Shown here: one piece after another, positions 45,877-55,804 of the stretch
How the letters are laid out: each line of letters starts with the position of its first letter
Position numbering within the stretch: the stretch's first letter is position 1
Assembly (NCBI GenBank): GCA_964632805.1
Contig: CAZWCS010000005.1
Coordinates: 943 to 64,942 of the forward strand
Length of the DNA: 64,000 bases
Reading direction: 5' to 3'
Source: an uncultured Desulfobacterales bacterium
GTDB taxonomy: Bacteria > Desulfobacterota > Desulfobacteria > Desulfobacterales > Desulfosudaceae
The notes under the pieces: generated by a model
Told to the model about the DNA's origin: nothing
Seen by the model: the letters and a program-made list of their open reading frames with translations, nothing else
The model's database searches: none
Made by a program: the position numbers and the translations under genes

Positions 45877-47058
45877 TCACCCCACCTTTTCCACCAGCAT
45901 GGCAGCGCCGTTGCCGAAGCCGCCGCACAGGGTGGCCAGGCCGTATTTTTCCTCCGGAAATTCCGTTTCCAGAATATTTAACAGGGTTACGATAATCCGG
46001 GCGCCGGATTCGCCCAGGGGATGTCCCAGAGCAATGGCCCCGCCCCAGACATTGATTTTGTCAAAGGGGGCGTTGTCCTTGTCCTCCAGCTTGAGCTCCC
46101 GGATACAGGCCAGAGACTGGCTGGCAAAGGCCTCGTTGATCTCAATGGCGCCGATGTCCGCCGGGGTCAAACCGGTTTTTGCAAAAAGCTTCCGTACCGA
46201 CGGGACCGGTCCATAGCCCATGATGGTGGGATCACAGCCGGCAAAAACGCCGCAGCTGTATTTGTAGGAATACGACAGGCCCAGCTCGTCGGCCTTTTTC
46301 CGGCTCATCATCAACAGGCAGCAGGCCCCCTGGGTCAGCGGCGAAGAAGTGGCGGCTGTTACCACCCCGTCCGGCTTGAAGGGGGATTTCATGGATTTCA
46401 TTTTTTCCGGGTCCACTTTGTCCCGGATCCACTGGTCATGCTCCACCAGAAATTCCTTGCCTTCCATGTCCAGACCGGTTACCGGAATGATCTCCTTCTT
46501 GAATTTGCCGGCGTCCCGGGCGGCAGCCGCTCGCTTGTTGGACCAGATGGCCATGTTGTCCATGTCCTCCCGGGCGACTTTATACTGCGCCGCAATTTTT
46601 TCCGCGGTGGCGCCCATGGGAATATCTTCCAGGGAATAGCGGTTGAGCAGGCGCGGCGGAAAATCCATGTTGGCGCCCATGGAGACTTTTTCCATGTCTT
46701 CCACCCCGGCGGCCAGAATAATATCGCTTTCGCCGGTCATAATCGCCCGGGCCCCGTGAATGGTGGCCGCCATTCCCGAAGGACACTGATTGGTAATGGT
46801 GTTGCTGGGAACACTTTCCGGATATCCCCCGGCCAGCCAGCCCAAACGCCCGATATCGTTCTGCATGCCGGATATATTGGCACTGCCGACAAAAACCGCG
46901 TCCACATCTTCCGGCTTCACCGCTTTATTGCGTTCAAACAACGCCTCATAAACGGCGGTCAGCAGTTCGTCGGGCCGTTTGTTCCGAAACCAGCCTTTCT
47001 CCGCGTGCGCCCGACTGTTGGGGGTGCGAATGCCGTCAATAAATACACATTCTTCCAT
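45877..47058 (-). CDS. acetyl-CoA C-acyltransferase (3-ketoacyl-CoA thiolase)
   Basis: 393-aa ORF. Active-site Cys context ITNQCPSGMAA, C-terminal NVWGGAIALGHPLGESGARI and LCGGFGNG. Confidence 0.9.
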   Translation of the reverse strand: MEECVFIDGIRTPNSRAHAEKGWFRNKRPDELLTAVYEALFERNKAVKPEDVDAVFVGSANISGMQNDIGRLGWLAGGYPESVPSNTITNQCPSGMAATIHGARAIMTGESDIILAAGVEDMEKVSMGANMDFPPRLLNRYSLEDIPMGATAEKIAAQYKVAREDMDNMAIWSNKRAAAARDAGKFKKEIIPVTGLDMEGKEFLVEHDQWIRDKVDPEKMKSMKSPFKPDGVVTAATSSPLTQGACCLLMMSRKKADELGLSYSYKYSCGVFAGCDPTIMGYGPVPSVRKLFAKTGLTPADIGAIEINEAFASQSLACIRELKLEDKDNAPFDKINVWGGAIALGHPLGESGARIIVTLLNILETEFPEEKYGLATLCGGFGNGAAMLVEKVG

Positions 47059-47097
47059 AAATTTTTTCTCCTTTGCTGTAATTGCTCTGCTTCCGTT

Positions 47098-48945
47098 TCA
47101 GTTCACTTCCGCTTCCGCCATTTTGCGCATGGCTTTTTTGTCCAGTTTCTGGACCTCCGTCAGTGGCATTTCCTTGATAATCTTCACCACTTTCGGAACC
47201 GCGTATTTGGCCACCCGCTCGCGCAAATATTCGATTATCTCTTCCGGCTGCAGCGTTTCCGCAAACTCGGGAACCGGCTGCACATAGGCCACCACCCGCT
47301 CACTTCCCTCCCGCTCGGGATCGGGCACGCCCACGGTGGCCCCCATCTCCACCGCCGGGTGGGCGCAAAGAATGTCATCCAGCTCCCGGGTGTAGACCTT
47401 GTATCCGGAAACATTGACCATGTCCTTGGTCCGGTCGACAATGTAAAAATAACCATTCTCGTCCACCTTAACCACGTCCCCGGTCCGCACATACCCGTTT
47501 TCATCCAGACCGCTCCCGGGCTCCGGCCAGTAGCCGAGCATGCGCTGCGGCCCCTTGAGGCACATTTCGCCTCTCTTACCGGCGATAATTTCCTCCACCG
47601 ACAGCGGCGCCCCGGTTTCCACGTCAATCAGCAGAATTTCCGTGTCCGGAAAAGGAATGCCCACGGCGCCGCGTTTTTCATCCGAAGGACGCCCTTTCTT
47701 GCTTTTTCCGGTGCGCTGCACGGTAAAGGAAATAAATTTGCCCACCGCCGTGCCGATCATCTTCCCGCCCAGCAGGCGCAGCCCCCGGTTGGTCAGCGGG
47801 GCTACTCCCGGCAGACCCAGCAGGGTACTGTTGATTCGCTGGGGAATCCGGCCGCCGGTCAACCGCAGCAGAAAAGAAGTGTTTAAGTGCGTGTTCGGCG
47901 ACATTTCCGACAGGCCATAGCCCTCCATAATAGCCCCGCTGGATTTTTTCTCGAACGCTTCCTGGGTACTCGGCGGCAGCGGGGCGGAGCCGGAAATCCC
48001 CAGCATGCCGATGCCGGCCAGCTCCTCCTGGGCCAGCTTCAAAAACTGGGTGGGCACCCCCATCTGCATCAACGGCCGGTGCTTTTTGATCATATCCACC
48101 ATGATGCGGGTATCCCGGGGATCGGGAATAAGGATCTGGTCAAATCCCAGCATGGTCATGGCGTGCATGATCATATGCCCGTAAGAGTGAAACAGGGGCA
48201 GACCCACCAGAACAGAGATAGCGCCTTTCAGAATCCGGCTGGCCGATCCCTGGGCCCAGGAAGACTGCAGGCAGTTGGCGTAAATGTTACGGTGCGTCAG
48301 CATGCAGCCCTTGGGCAGGCCGGTGGTGCCGCCGGTAAACAGCAGCAGCTCCAGATCCCTGTCCAGATCAAAATTTACCGCCGGCGGCGTCCCGGTGCTC
48401 TCAGCAATGAGATCGGCCATCCAGCGGGCCCCCGGAATATCCAAAGGCTTGCGGGCCGCCGGTGGAGAGGCAGAATAATCCGCCAGTGAGGTAACAATAA
48501 GGTGGGCAATGCCGGTGGCTTCCATAACGGGTTGGGCCAGATCCAGATACTCATCCAGGCAGATCAGGGCCTGGGGCGTCCCTTTGGTGAACTTGTGTTC
48601 CAGGGTGCTGGGCGGTTCCAGGGAGCTGCTGGGGATTTGCACCAGTCCGGCTTTGGCAATGGCATAATCGGCCACTACAAACTGAATGCTGGTCGGCAGA
48701 ATGGTCGCCACCCGGTCGCCTTTATTCAGTCCCAGGTCCAAAAGCGCGGATGCCAAGCGATTGGCTTCATCCCTGACCCGGGGGTAGCTCATCTTGTAAT
48801 CGTTCTGAATAAAGCCCTGCCTGGGAAATTCCACAGCGGCATCATCCAGAATATCCCCCACGGATTTTTCCGGATAGGGTTGAATGGTTTCCGGAATGCC
48901 AAAAACCTTGTACTCGTTCATCCACGGCAATTTTGGTGCGCTCAC
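47098..48945 (-). CDS. AMP-forming acyl-CoA ligase (long-chain fatty-acid type) with about 70-aa internal insertion
   Basis: 615-aa ORF. AMP-binding motif LLFTGGTTGLPKGCMLTH, then YGLSE ... GDVVKVDENGYFYIVDRTKD ... K near the C-terminus. The insertion lies between YGLSEMSP and GAVGIPFP. Confidence 0.85.
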   Translation of the reverse strand: MSAPKLPWMNEYKVFGIPETIQPYPEKSVGDILDDAAVEFPRQGFIQNDYKMSYPRVRDEANRLASALLDLGLNKGDRVATILPTSIQFVVADYAIAKAGLVQIPSSSLEPPSTLEHKFTKGTPQALICLDEYLDLAQPVMEATGIAHLIVTSLADYSASPPAARKPLDIPGARWMADLIAESTGTPPAVNFDLDRDLELLLFTGGTTGLPKGCMLTHRNIYANCLQSSWAQGSASRILKGAISVLVGLPLFHSYGHMIMHAMTMLGFDQILIPDPRDTRIMVDMIKKHRPLMQMGVPTQFLKLAQEELAGIGMLGISGSAPLPPSTQEAFEKKSSGAIMEGYGLSEMSPNTHLNTSFLLRLTGGRIPQRINSTLLGLPGVAPLTNRGLRLLGGKMIGTAVGKFISFTVQRTGKSKKGRPSDEKRGAVGIPFPDTEILLIDVETGAPLSVEEIIAGKRGEMCLKGPQRMLGYWPEPGSGLDENGYVRTGDVVKVDENGYFYIVDRTKDMVNVSGYKVYTRELDDILCAHPAVEMGATVGVPDPEREGSERVVAYVQPVPEFAETLQPEEIIEYLRERVAKYAVPKVVKIIKEMPLTEVQKLDKKAMRKMAEAEVN

Positions 48946-48998
48946 AACAGACCTCCCTTTCGGCTGACCGGGGTTTTCCTGTTTACCAACGCCGAAAG

Positions 48999-49565
48999 TT
49001 AGCCGAAGATCGGCTGAAGCTGCATGGCAAAGGCCATATCGCCTTCAATCTGCAGGCCGCCGGACATAAACAGGTTGACCGGGTTGGTCTCCTTGTTGAC
49101 CACCGCAATGGAATCGGCGGTTTTCATCTTCAGTATGGTATGCGGGGTTTCCGCACCATTTAACGTGATCTTGATCGGCATCACACTTCCGTCGTCGTTG
49201 GTAAGCTCTATCGTCAAACTTCCTTTGACGTTGACTATAGCATCATACTTGGATTTGTTCAAATCCCCCTGAACGCCCAGGAACATGTCCATGGTATCCA
49301 TCTCGATCATTTTCTGCAGGTCTTCCTGGGCGATATTGATTTTGATCATGGGATTGTCCATTCCCCCTTCTTTCACATCAAAATCGGTGCCGTTTTTGAC
49401 CACATAGCTGTATTGATCACCGGATACATCCACCACCATGGAAAACTCCGTGCCCGCAAGGTCTGCGGCGGCGCCGCTTTCGGCAATCATTTCCTTGGCC
49501 ATTTTGGGGGAAAAGTCCAGCAGAAGGTCTTTTAAACTGATGTCTTTGGGTATTTCCATTTTCAT
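48999..49565 (-). CDS. SCP2 (sterol-carrier-protein-2-like) lipid-binding domain protein
   Basis: ATG 49565 after AAAGGAGA. The C-terminal half ...TILKMKTADSIAVVNKETNPVNLFMSGGLQIEGDMAFAMQLQPIF is typical of the SCP2 fold. First gene of the ligase/thiolase operon. Confidence 0.65.
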   Translation of the reverse strand: MKMEIPKDISLKDLLLDFSPKMAKEMIAESGAAADLAGTEFSMVVDVSGDQYSYVVKNGTDFDVKEGGMDNPMIKINIAQEDLQKMIEMDTMDMFLGVQGDLNKSKYDAIVNVKGSLTIELTNDDGSVMPIKITLNGAETPHTILKMKTADSIAVVNKETNPVNLFMSGGLQIEGDMAFAMQLQPIFG

Positions 49566-49727
49566 TGTGCGTTCTCCTTTGCTTTTTTTAATATTGCACT
49601 GCCCTTTTCGACCGGCAATAAGTCCGCTTATGGATTCCGCCGGTACCTGTTTTTTCCCTGCAAGTCCTTCGAGTAGCAATCACCTCCTTTTACAAAATAG
49701 AAATTCCTCTTCTTGCCAACAAAATTC

Positions 49728-49755
49728 TTGACAAGCAGAGAGGGAAGTCTAAAAT
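49728..49755 (+). promoter_or_regulatory. candidate sigma70 promoter for the TetR gene (TTGACA-16-TAAAAT)
   Basis: TTGACA at 49728-49733 and TAAAAT at 49750-49755. The -10 box overlaps the left arm of the palindrome. Confidence 0.5.
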
Positions 49756-49784
49756 ATAAAACTGACATGTCAGTTTTATATTTT
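49751..49784. promoter_or_regulatory. perfect 34-bp palindrome, probable TetR operator
   Basis: AAAATATAAAACTGACA|TGTCAGTTTTATATTTT (17+17, no mismatch). It lies between the divergent TetR gene and the SCP2/ligase/thiolase operon. A mirror-image TTGACA lies on the minus strand at 49802-49807. Confidence 0.7.
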
Positions 49785-49908
49785 GCCCCAAAATCATTTG
49801 GTGTCAAGAAAAATTGTCGCGGAGCAAAAAATTTTTTATGCGAAAATCAAAATCCTGCCATCACGGCGGAAAGGGATAACGAAACATAAATAAGGCGGGC
49901 GTTTCACC

Positions 49909-50532
49909 ATGAAAGCGGAAAAACGCAAAAAAATCATTTTGGCCTGCGCCAAGCGGCTTTTTTCCACCTACGGCTTTTACCGAACCCAAATATCGGATAT
50001 TGTAAAAGAAATAAAAATCGCCCGGGGAACCGTATACCAATATTTTGCCAACAAACAGGATATCTTTATTACCCTGCTGGAAAACGCCTACAATCAGTGG
50101 GAAAAAGAAATCTCCCGGGCCGTGGGAGAAATCGACCTGAAAACCATTACCCCGGTGGACTATTTCCGGCGGCGGATCAAATCCACCCTGGCCTTTCTGA
50201 TTGCCGATCCGGACATCTGTAATATTGTCATGACCATGGGATTCGGATTGCCGGCGGAACTCGAGACCGCCACCCGGCAACTGGAAAAAAAAATCCGGAT
50301 CATCGCCGAAAACGATTTCAAGCTGGGTTTACACAACCGGCATGTGCGGGACAACCTGAATGTCAAGCTGGCCGGAGAAATGATCGCCGGCGCCCTCTTC
50401 CGTACGGCCTATTACGCCCTGGCGCAAGCGGAAAAAGACAGTCGGGCCGTGGATATCGACGCCCTGACCGAGGAGATGGTGGCTCTGTTTGCGCCCGGTA
50501 TTTTCAAACCGGCGTCTTTGGGGGAAGGGTAA
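49909..50532 (+). CDS. TetR-family transcriptional regulator
   Basis: 207-aa ORF. N-terminal HTH ILACAKRLFSTYGFYRTQISDIVKEIKIARGTVYQYFANKQDIF. Confidence 0.9.
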   Translation: MKAEKRKKIILACAKRLFSTYGFYRTQISDIVKEIKIARGTVYQYFANKQDIFITLLENAYNQWEKEISRAVGEIDLKTITPVDYFRRRIKSTLAFLIADPDICNIVMTMGFGLPAELETATRQLEKKIRIIAENDFKLGLHNRHVRDNLNVKLAGEMIAGALFRTAYYALAQAEKDSRAVDIDALTEEMVALFAPGIFKPASLGEG

Positions 50533-50539
50533 ACAGTCC

Positions 50540-51718
50540 TTATTCTTCCTCCAGAGAAGCCCGCCGAACCGCCCGGCCGCCGAATTTTTCGCTGACCGCA
50601 TCCAGGGTGCGCTCCACCTGCTCCCATTTTTTCTCCCGGGGATTGACGGTGGCAAACAGATCCAACTGCCGGCCATGTCCCTCCCAGACCAGTTCCGACA
50701 CCCCCACCCCGATCAGACGGACGGAACGGTCGTCCCGGTGCCGGTCCAGCAGCTGCCGTGCCCGGGCATAAATCGTTTCCGCTGACGCCGTATCTCCCGG
50801 AAGGGTGGTGCGGCGGGTAATCTCCGTAAAATCCCGGTATTTGATCTTCAGCACCACCACCCGGGCCCGGGCCTCCAGACGGCGAAGCTGGCGGGAAACC
50901 TCTCCGGCCTGTTCCAAGAGATGCTTCAGCAGGAGCGCCCGGTCGCAGGTGTCTTCCGGAAGGGTGGTTTCGGCGCTTACCGACCGGCGCCGGCGGGCCG
51001 GAGAAATGGGGGTGTCGTCCCGCCCTCTGGCCAGAGCGGCCAGGCGGCGCCCGAATTTGCCCAGTTTGTCCACCAGCAGAGAATCCGGCAGCGATCTCAC
51101 CTCTCCCAGAGTCTGAACCCCCAGTAGAGAGAGTTGCCGCCGGGCCACCGGCCCCACCCCGGGGACCCGGGCAACCGGCAGATTCGCTATCATTTCTTTT
51201 GTTTCGGCGGCAGAAACGATCTTCAGCCCATCCGGTTTGGCCATGTCCGAAGCGATTTTGGCCAGAAACCGCAGCGGGGCTCCGCCCACGGAGCACGGCA
51301 GGGCGACCGCTTCCGCCACCGCCGCCTTGATCCGGCGGGCCACATTTTCCGGAGTACCACACAGACGCTCGCTGCCGGAAATATTCAGATAGGCTTCGTC
51401 GATGGAGACCGGCTCCACCAGCGGGGAAAAGGTCTCCAGAACCCCCATGACCGTATGGGAAACCGCTTTATACCGTTCCATGCGGGGCGGTATCACAATC
51501 GCCCCGGGGCAAAGCCGGCGGGCGTGCGCCACCGGCATGGCCGATCGTACCCCGAAGGCCCTTGCTTCGTAACTGGCCGCCGAAACCACCCCCCGCCCCG
51601 AAGACCGCCCGACAATAACACATTTTCCGGCCAGCCCGGGATGATCGCGCTGCTCCACGGAGGCAAAAAAAGCGTCCATGTCCACATGCAAAATTGTGCA
51701 CCCGGTCGATTTTTCCAT
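50540..51718 (-). CDS. dinB: DNA polymerase IV (Y-family)
   Basis: ATG 51718 gives MEKSTGCTILHVDMDAFFASVEQRD. SIDEAYLN motif. The ORF nominally extends 2 codons further, to TTG 51724. Confidence 0.9.
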   Translation of the reverse strand: MEKSTGCTILHVDMDAFFASVEQRDHPGLAGKCVIVGRSSGRGVVSAASYEARAFGVRSAMPVAHARRLCPGAIVIPPRMERYKAVSHTVMGVLETFSPLVEPVSIDEAYLNISGSERLCGTPENVARRIKAAVAEAVALPCSVGGAPLRFLAKIASDMAKPDGLKIVSAAETKEMIANLPVARVPGVGPVARRQLSLLGVQTLGEVRSLPDSLLVDKLGKFGRRLAALARGRDDTPISPARRRRSVSAETTLPEDTCDRALLLKHLLEQAGEVSRQLRRLEARARVVVLKIKYRDFTEITRRTTLPGDTASAETIYARARQLLDRHRDDRSVRLIGVGVSELVWEGHGRQLDLFATVNPREKKWEQVERTLDAVSEKFGGRAVRRASLEEE

Positions 51719-51998
51719 AGACAAAAATTATTTTCTATGTTATTATTACAAATTATATCAATAACAAAATGTCAAAAATCGCACATTAAGGAGGACCTTT
51801 TTTGTCCGTCTTTTCTTGCTGCAAAAATGTGTACAGCATATAACTGTTTTCTTCACAACGTTTAATTACCCATTATACAAGCCGGTTGTCTTTTGTCCAT
51901 GATGTCTTTCACGCCCAAACGGTTTCCGTGTGCTTTCACGCGGGCCGCGGGAACTTTCAGGAACAAAGGTTTTCAATATTAATCTTAGGGAGGAAAAA

Positions 51999-53348
51999 AT
52001 GAAAAAAATTTTAATGGTTTTCTCAGTGCTGGCTGTCCTCAGCTTCTTTGCGGCGGGCAATATTACAGCCGTAGAGCTTGGCGGTGTGGACATCCACGGA
52101 TTTGTCAGTCAGGGGTACATGTACACCACGGAAAATGTGGAGTTTATGGTCCCGGAAACCGATGAGGGGTCGTTTGAATTCACTGAGATGGGTGTCAATT
52201 TTTCCTGCAGGCCGGCCGATTACCTTTCTTCGATGCCCGAAGATCTCTCAATTGGCGCACAGTTTCTGGCCTTTGATTTCGGCAATGTCGGAGACAACAA
52301 AGTCAAGGTGGACTGGGCCTACGGCGATTACGCTTTTCAAGACTATCTGGGCCTCCGGGCCGGGATCATGAAAGTCCCCCATGGTCTGTACAACGAAACC
52401 CGCAAAATCGACATGCTGCGCACCAGTATTCTTTTGCCGACCAGTGTCTACCCGGAATGGCTGCGGGAGGCCATGAGCCGGGTGGAAGGATTCGGTGTGT
52501 ACGGCACGCTGTTGAACTCCGTGTCCTACCAGGCCCAGTACGGTCATGTTTCTCTGGACTCCGACGGCGGTCTGGCCAAGGCTTTTGCCACGCTGATTTC
52601 CGATTTTACCGTGACCGACATAGACACCGATGAAGCCTACTCCGCCGCCCTGCAGTGGGATACCCCCCTGCCCGGCCTGAAGTTTGGTGCCACCGCCATT
52701 TATCTCAATATCAATCAAATTGATATGATCGGAAATAACAGCCGCCAAATTCCCATACCGGTCTATGGCGGGACACCGCCGGCCCCCACCGGAGCGTTTG
52801 TTATGACGCCCATGCAGATGGAGGCGACCCTGAAAACGGAGCCCATCGAAACCTTTGTCCTGTCCGGAGAATATCAGCGCGACCGGCTGACAATAGCGGC
52901 CGAGTATGTCCAGTATGAAGTTGAATTTGATATGGATATAAACACCAGCAGCGACACCAATTATATTCAACAAATGGCCGCCCTGGGGGATCCGGGTTCA
53001 ATAGAACTGACCACTTACCTCAATACGCTGCACCACCGGGAAACCACCATGGAGGGCTATTACGGTCAGATTTCCTATCGCCTGCTGGACAACCTGGAAG
53101 TCGGCGCCTATTATTCCGAACTGTATTGGGACAAAGAAGACCGCAATGGATCGGAATATGCCGAAAATTACAACAAACCGCGATATGGTGGTTATGTCAA
53201 AGACACTTGTCTTTCGTTGCGTTACGATTTCAGTACGAACTGGTGTGCCAAAGTCGAAGCCCATGTTATGAACGGCACTCTTTTTGCCCTAAACAATCCG
53301 GATGATCACTGGGAAATGTATATGGGCAAGCTGTCTTATCTGTTTTAA
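51999..53348 (+). CDS. outer-membrane beta-barrel (porin-like) protein
   Basis: GGGAGG RBS. Signal peptide MKKILMVFSVLAVLSFFAAGNITA. Alternating-hydrophobic strands and a C-terminal ...GKLSYLF aromatic terminus. Confidence 0.7.
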   Translation: MKKILMVFSVLAVLSFFAAGNITAVELGGVDIHGFVSQGYMYTTENVEFMVPETDEGSFEFTEMGVNFSCRPADYLSSMPEDLSIGAQFLAFDFGNVGDNKVKVDWAYGDYAFQDYLGLRAGIMKVPHGLYNETRKIDMLRTSILLPTSVYPEWLREAMSRVEGFGVYGTLLNSVSYQAQYGHVSLDSDGGLAKAFATLISDFTVTDIDTDEAYSAALQWDTPLPGLKFGATAIYLNINQIDMIGNNSRQIPIPVYGGTPPAPTGAFVMTPMQMEATLKTEPIETFVLSGEYQRDRLTIAAEYVQYEVEFDMDINTSSDTNYIQQMAALGDPGSIELTTYLNTLHHRETTMEGYYGQISYRLLDNLEVGAYYSELYWDKEDRNGSEYAENYNKPRYGGYVKDTCLSLRYDFSTNWCAKVEAHVMNGTLFALNNPDDHWEMYMGKLSYLF

Positions 53349-53461
53349 GTCAAGCCGGGCGGAGACATAATTGTCCCCCTACACCCGGCCGGCATCAGCG
53401 GCTGTTGAGGCGCAAAACAACAAACCAGGACAAACCCCAAAATTACAGGAGAATATAACCC

Positions 53462-53902
53462 ATGAAAAAACACTTTGTTTTCGGGCTGGCCGTAATGGCT
53501 GCTTTCGCTCTGATAACGGGAGGCGCGGTGAATTCCGCCGTGGCCGAAGAGATTTTTGTTTTTACCAATAAAGCGGTCCCGGACAGCAGTATTTCCCAGG
53601 CGGAATTGAAAAATATTTTTCTCGGGAAAAAGGTTCGCTGGGCGGACAACCAGCGGATTGACTGCGTGGCGCAGAAAGACACCTCCTGCCACGAATCATT
53701 TCTGCAGCAGTACATACAGAAAAATCCTTTTCAGTTCAACAACTACTGGAAAAAACAGATTTTTACCGGTAAAGGCCAGCCACCGCGGACGTTTGCTTCC
53801 GAGCAGGAGCTGATCGACTATGTTTCCCGCACCAGCGGGGCCATCGGCTATTCCTGTTCCCGGCCCGATGCCAGCCTGGTTAATATCGTATCCGTGAATT
53901 AA
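53462..53902 (+). CDS. small periplasmic PstS/PBP-like_2-type single-domain protein
   Basis: Signal peptide MKKHFVFGLAVMAAFALITGGAVNSAVA. ISQAELKNIFLGKKVRWADNQ and SGAIGYS match the short phosphate-binding-protein-like family as I recall it. Confidence 0.6.
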   Translation: MKKHFVFGLAVMAAFALITGGAVNSAVAEEIFVFTNKAVPDSSISQAELKNIFLGKKVRWADNQRIDCVAQKDTSCHESFLQQYIQKNPFQFNNYWKKQIFTGKGQPPRTFASEQELIDYVSRTSGAIGYSCSRPDASLVNIVSVN

Positions 53903-54127
53903 CAGGCCTGTTTCACAATAAGATAAAAGGTTCCCGCCGCGATCTTTTTTGCGTTTCCCGCAGATGCGGACCGGGTGTTTGTTTTTTGTGGACAAATTCG
54001 TATGGTTATGAAATAATATAAAAAATAAACTGATTGGGTGAAAACAAGAACCGGGCTCCCGTCCTGAAACCATAGACGGCGACAAACAGCGTGGCGGCGG
54101 GTCTTTATCGTGAGGATTAAAAAAAAT

Positions 54128-55804
54128 ATGTGGCGGTCTTTAAGTATTTCCAAAAAAATATGGGTCAGCCTGGGCATTTTGCTGGCCGGCTATTTCATTT
54201 CCATGTCCTTTGGATTCATTAACGGAAGGGATACGGAAAAGCGACTGGAATCGGTCTCCGCTTATTTGTTTCCCGCTTCCCATAAGAGTCAGGCGGCCCT
54301 GACCGCTTTTAACCAGCAGATCAAGCTGTATGAGGACGTCTTCATGACCGGCGACGAGTCCCTGCTGGGAAAAAGTAAAGAGCAGTCCCGGATTATTCAA
54401 CGGGAACTGACCGCTATTCAACGATTGGCCCAGAAACAGGGCCGGGAAACCCAGTCCATTGAAGCCCTCTTGGAAGAGACCGCTGCTTTTACAGAAACGG
54501 CCCAGGCCGTTTATGCCAAAGCCGTTTACGAGTCCATGGCCATGGAATCCAGTGACGAGATCCAACAGAAAATCATTTCTCTGGCCGAAACCACCAAGCA
54601 GATGCGTTCCCGTTTAAAAGAGTTTCAAAGTGAATTTACCATTGCACTGGATGCAGAGCTTTCCGATATCCGCAAAGCCAGCCGGCGGCAGCGATATTGG
54701 AATATTGTTCTTTTTCTGCTGGTGACGGCGACGGCCATCGTTTTCAGCAATATGATTATCCGACGATCCATTACCCAGCCGCTGAAACAGACAGTGGACA
54801 TGGTCCGGTCGATCGCTGAAGGTAAGGGAGATCTGACCAAACGCCTGGCTATCACCTACCACGATGAAGTGGGAGAACTGTCTGAGTGGTTCAACCTGTT
54901 TATCCAGAACATGCAGGAGATGACCAGACAGATAATCGGCGATGCCGGCACTCTGCGGGATGCCTCCACTGACCTGTCCGGCCTGTCCGCGACGATGAAC
55001 AGCAACGCGGAGGAAATGCTGGGCAAATCCAATGCCGTAACTGCTGCGGCCGAAGAGATGGATGTAAGCATGGAGACCATTGCCGCAGCTATGGAACAGG
55101 CCACCACCAACTCGGACACCGTGGCCAGTTCCACCGAGGAAATGAGCGCCACCATTAACGAAATCGCTCACAATTCGCAAAATGCCTATACCATTGCCCA
55201 GAAGGCCGTTTCCAAATCGAATCAGGCGTCGGAACGGGTGAAAAAACTGGGAGATGCCGCTGATGAAATCGGAATTGTAACCGAAACCATCAACGAAATA
55301 TCCGAACAGACCAATCTTCTGGCCTTGAATGCCACCATTGAAGCGGCCCGGGCCGGAGAGGCCGGCAAGGGCTTTGCGGTGGTGGCGGACGAAATCAAAG
55401 GGCTGGCCCGTCAAACGGCGGACGCCACATTAAATATTAAGGACAAAATCAAAAGCATTCAGGATACCATGGCCGGGGCCATTCAGGAAATCAGCGATAT
55501 TTCCGGAATCATCAAGGAAATTAACGATACAGTCACCATTATCGCTTCCTCGGTGGAAGAGCAGTCTCTGTCTACCCAGGAAATTTCTTCCAATGTTTCC
55601 GAAGTATCCAAAGCCATTGGGGACGTCAATGACAATGTCTCCCAGACGACCACCGCCACCGGCCAGATTGCCGAAGACATTCACAAGGTCAATCAGCGGG
55701 CCGCCAATGTTTCGGAAAACAGCGCTCAGCTGAAAGCGAGCTCCGAAAAACTGTCCGATCTGGCAGATCAGCTCTACAAACTTATGGGCAACTTTAATGT
55801 CTAG
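54128..55804 (+). CDS. methyl-accepting chemotaxis protein (periplasmic helical sensor, HAMP, MA domain)
   Basis: ATG 54128 after GAGGA. Two TM segments. HAMP region ITQPLKQTVDMVRSIAEGKGDLTKRL. Signalling hairpin EQTNLLALNATIEAARAGEAGKGFAVVADEIKGLARQT. Confidence 0.9.
   Translation: MWRSLSISKKIWVSLGILLAGYFISMSFGFINGRDTEKRLESVSAYLFPASHKSQAALTAFNQQIKLYEDVFMTGDESLLGKSKEQSRIIQRELTAIQRLAQKQGRETQSIEALLEETAAFTETAQAVYAKAVYESMAMESSDEIQQKIISLAETTKQMRSRLKEFQSEFTIALDAELSDIRKASRRQRYWNIVLFLLVTATAIVFSNMIIRRSITQPLKQTVDMVRSIAEGKGDLTKRLAITYHDEVGELSEWFNLFIQNMQEMTRQIIGDAGTLRDASTDLSGLSATMNSNAEEMLGKSNAVTAAAEEMDVSMETIAAAMEQATTNSDTVASSTEEMSATINEIAHNSQNAYTIAQKAVSKSNQASERVKKLGDAADEIGIVTETINEISEQTNLLALNATIEAARAGEAGKGFAVVADEIKGLARQTADATLNIKDKIKSIQDTMAGAIQEISDISGIIKEINDTVTIIASSVEEQSLSTQEISSNVSEVSKAIGDVNDNVSQTTTATGQIAEDIHKVNQRAANVSENSAQLKASSEKLSDLADQLYKLMGNFNV

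Noticed and set aside
46021-47886. 621-aa plus-strand ORF spanning the thiolase and acyl-CoA ligase genes on the opposite strand
   Set aside because: It crosses an intergenic gap between two well-supported minus-strand genes and has a low-complexity Arg/Gly/His/Pro composition. It is a shadow ORF.
50412-51362. 316-aa alternative-frame minus-strand ORF inside dinB
   Set aside because: It is extremely Gly/Pro/Arg-rich. The overlapping frame encodes a canonical DinB.
51833-51847. ACAG-N7-CTGT inverted repeat about 110 nt upstream of dinB, considered as a LexA box
   Set aside because: The orientation and spacing differ from the CTGT-N8-ACAG and GAAC-N4-GTTC types of LexA operator that I know. 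I could not match it to any deltaproteobacterial LexA motif from memory.
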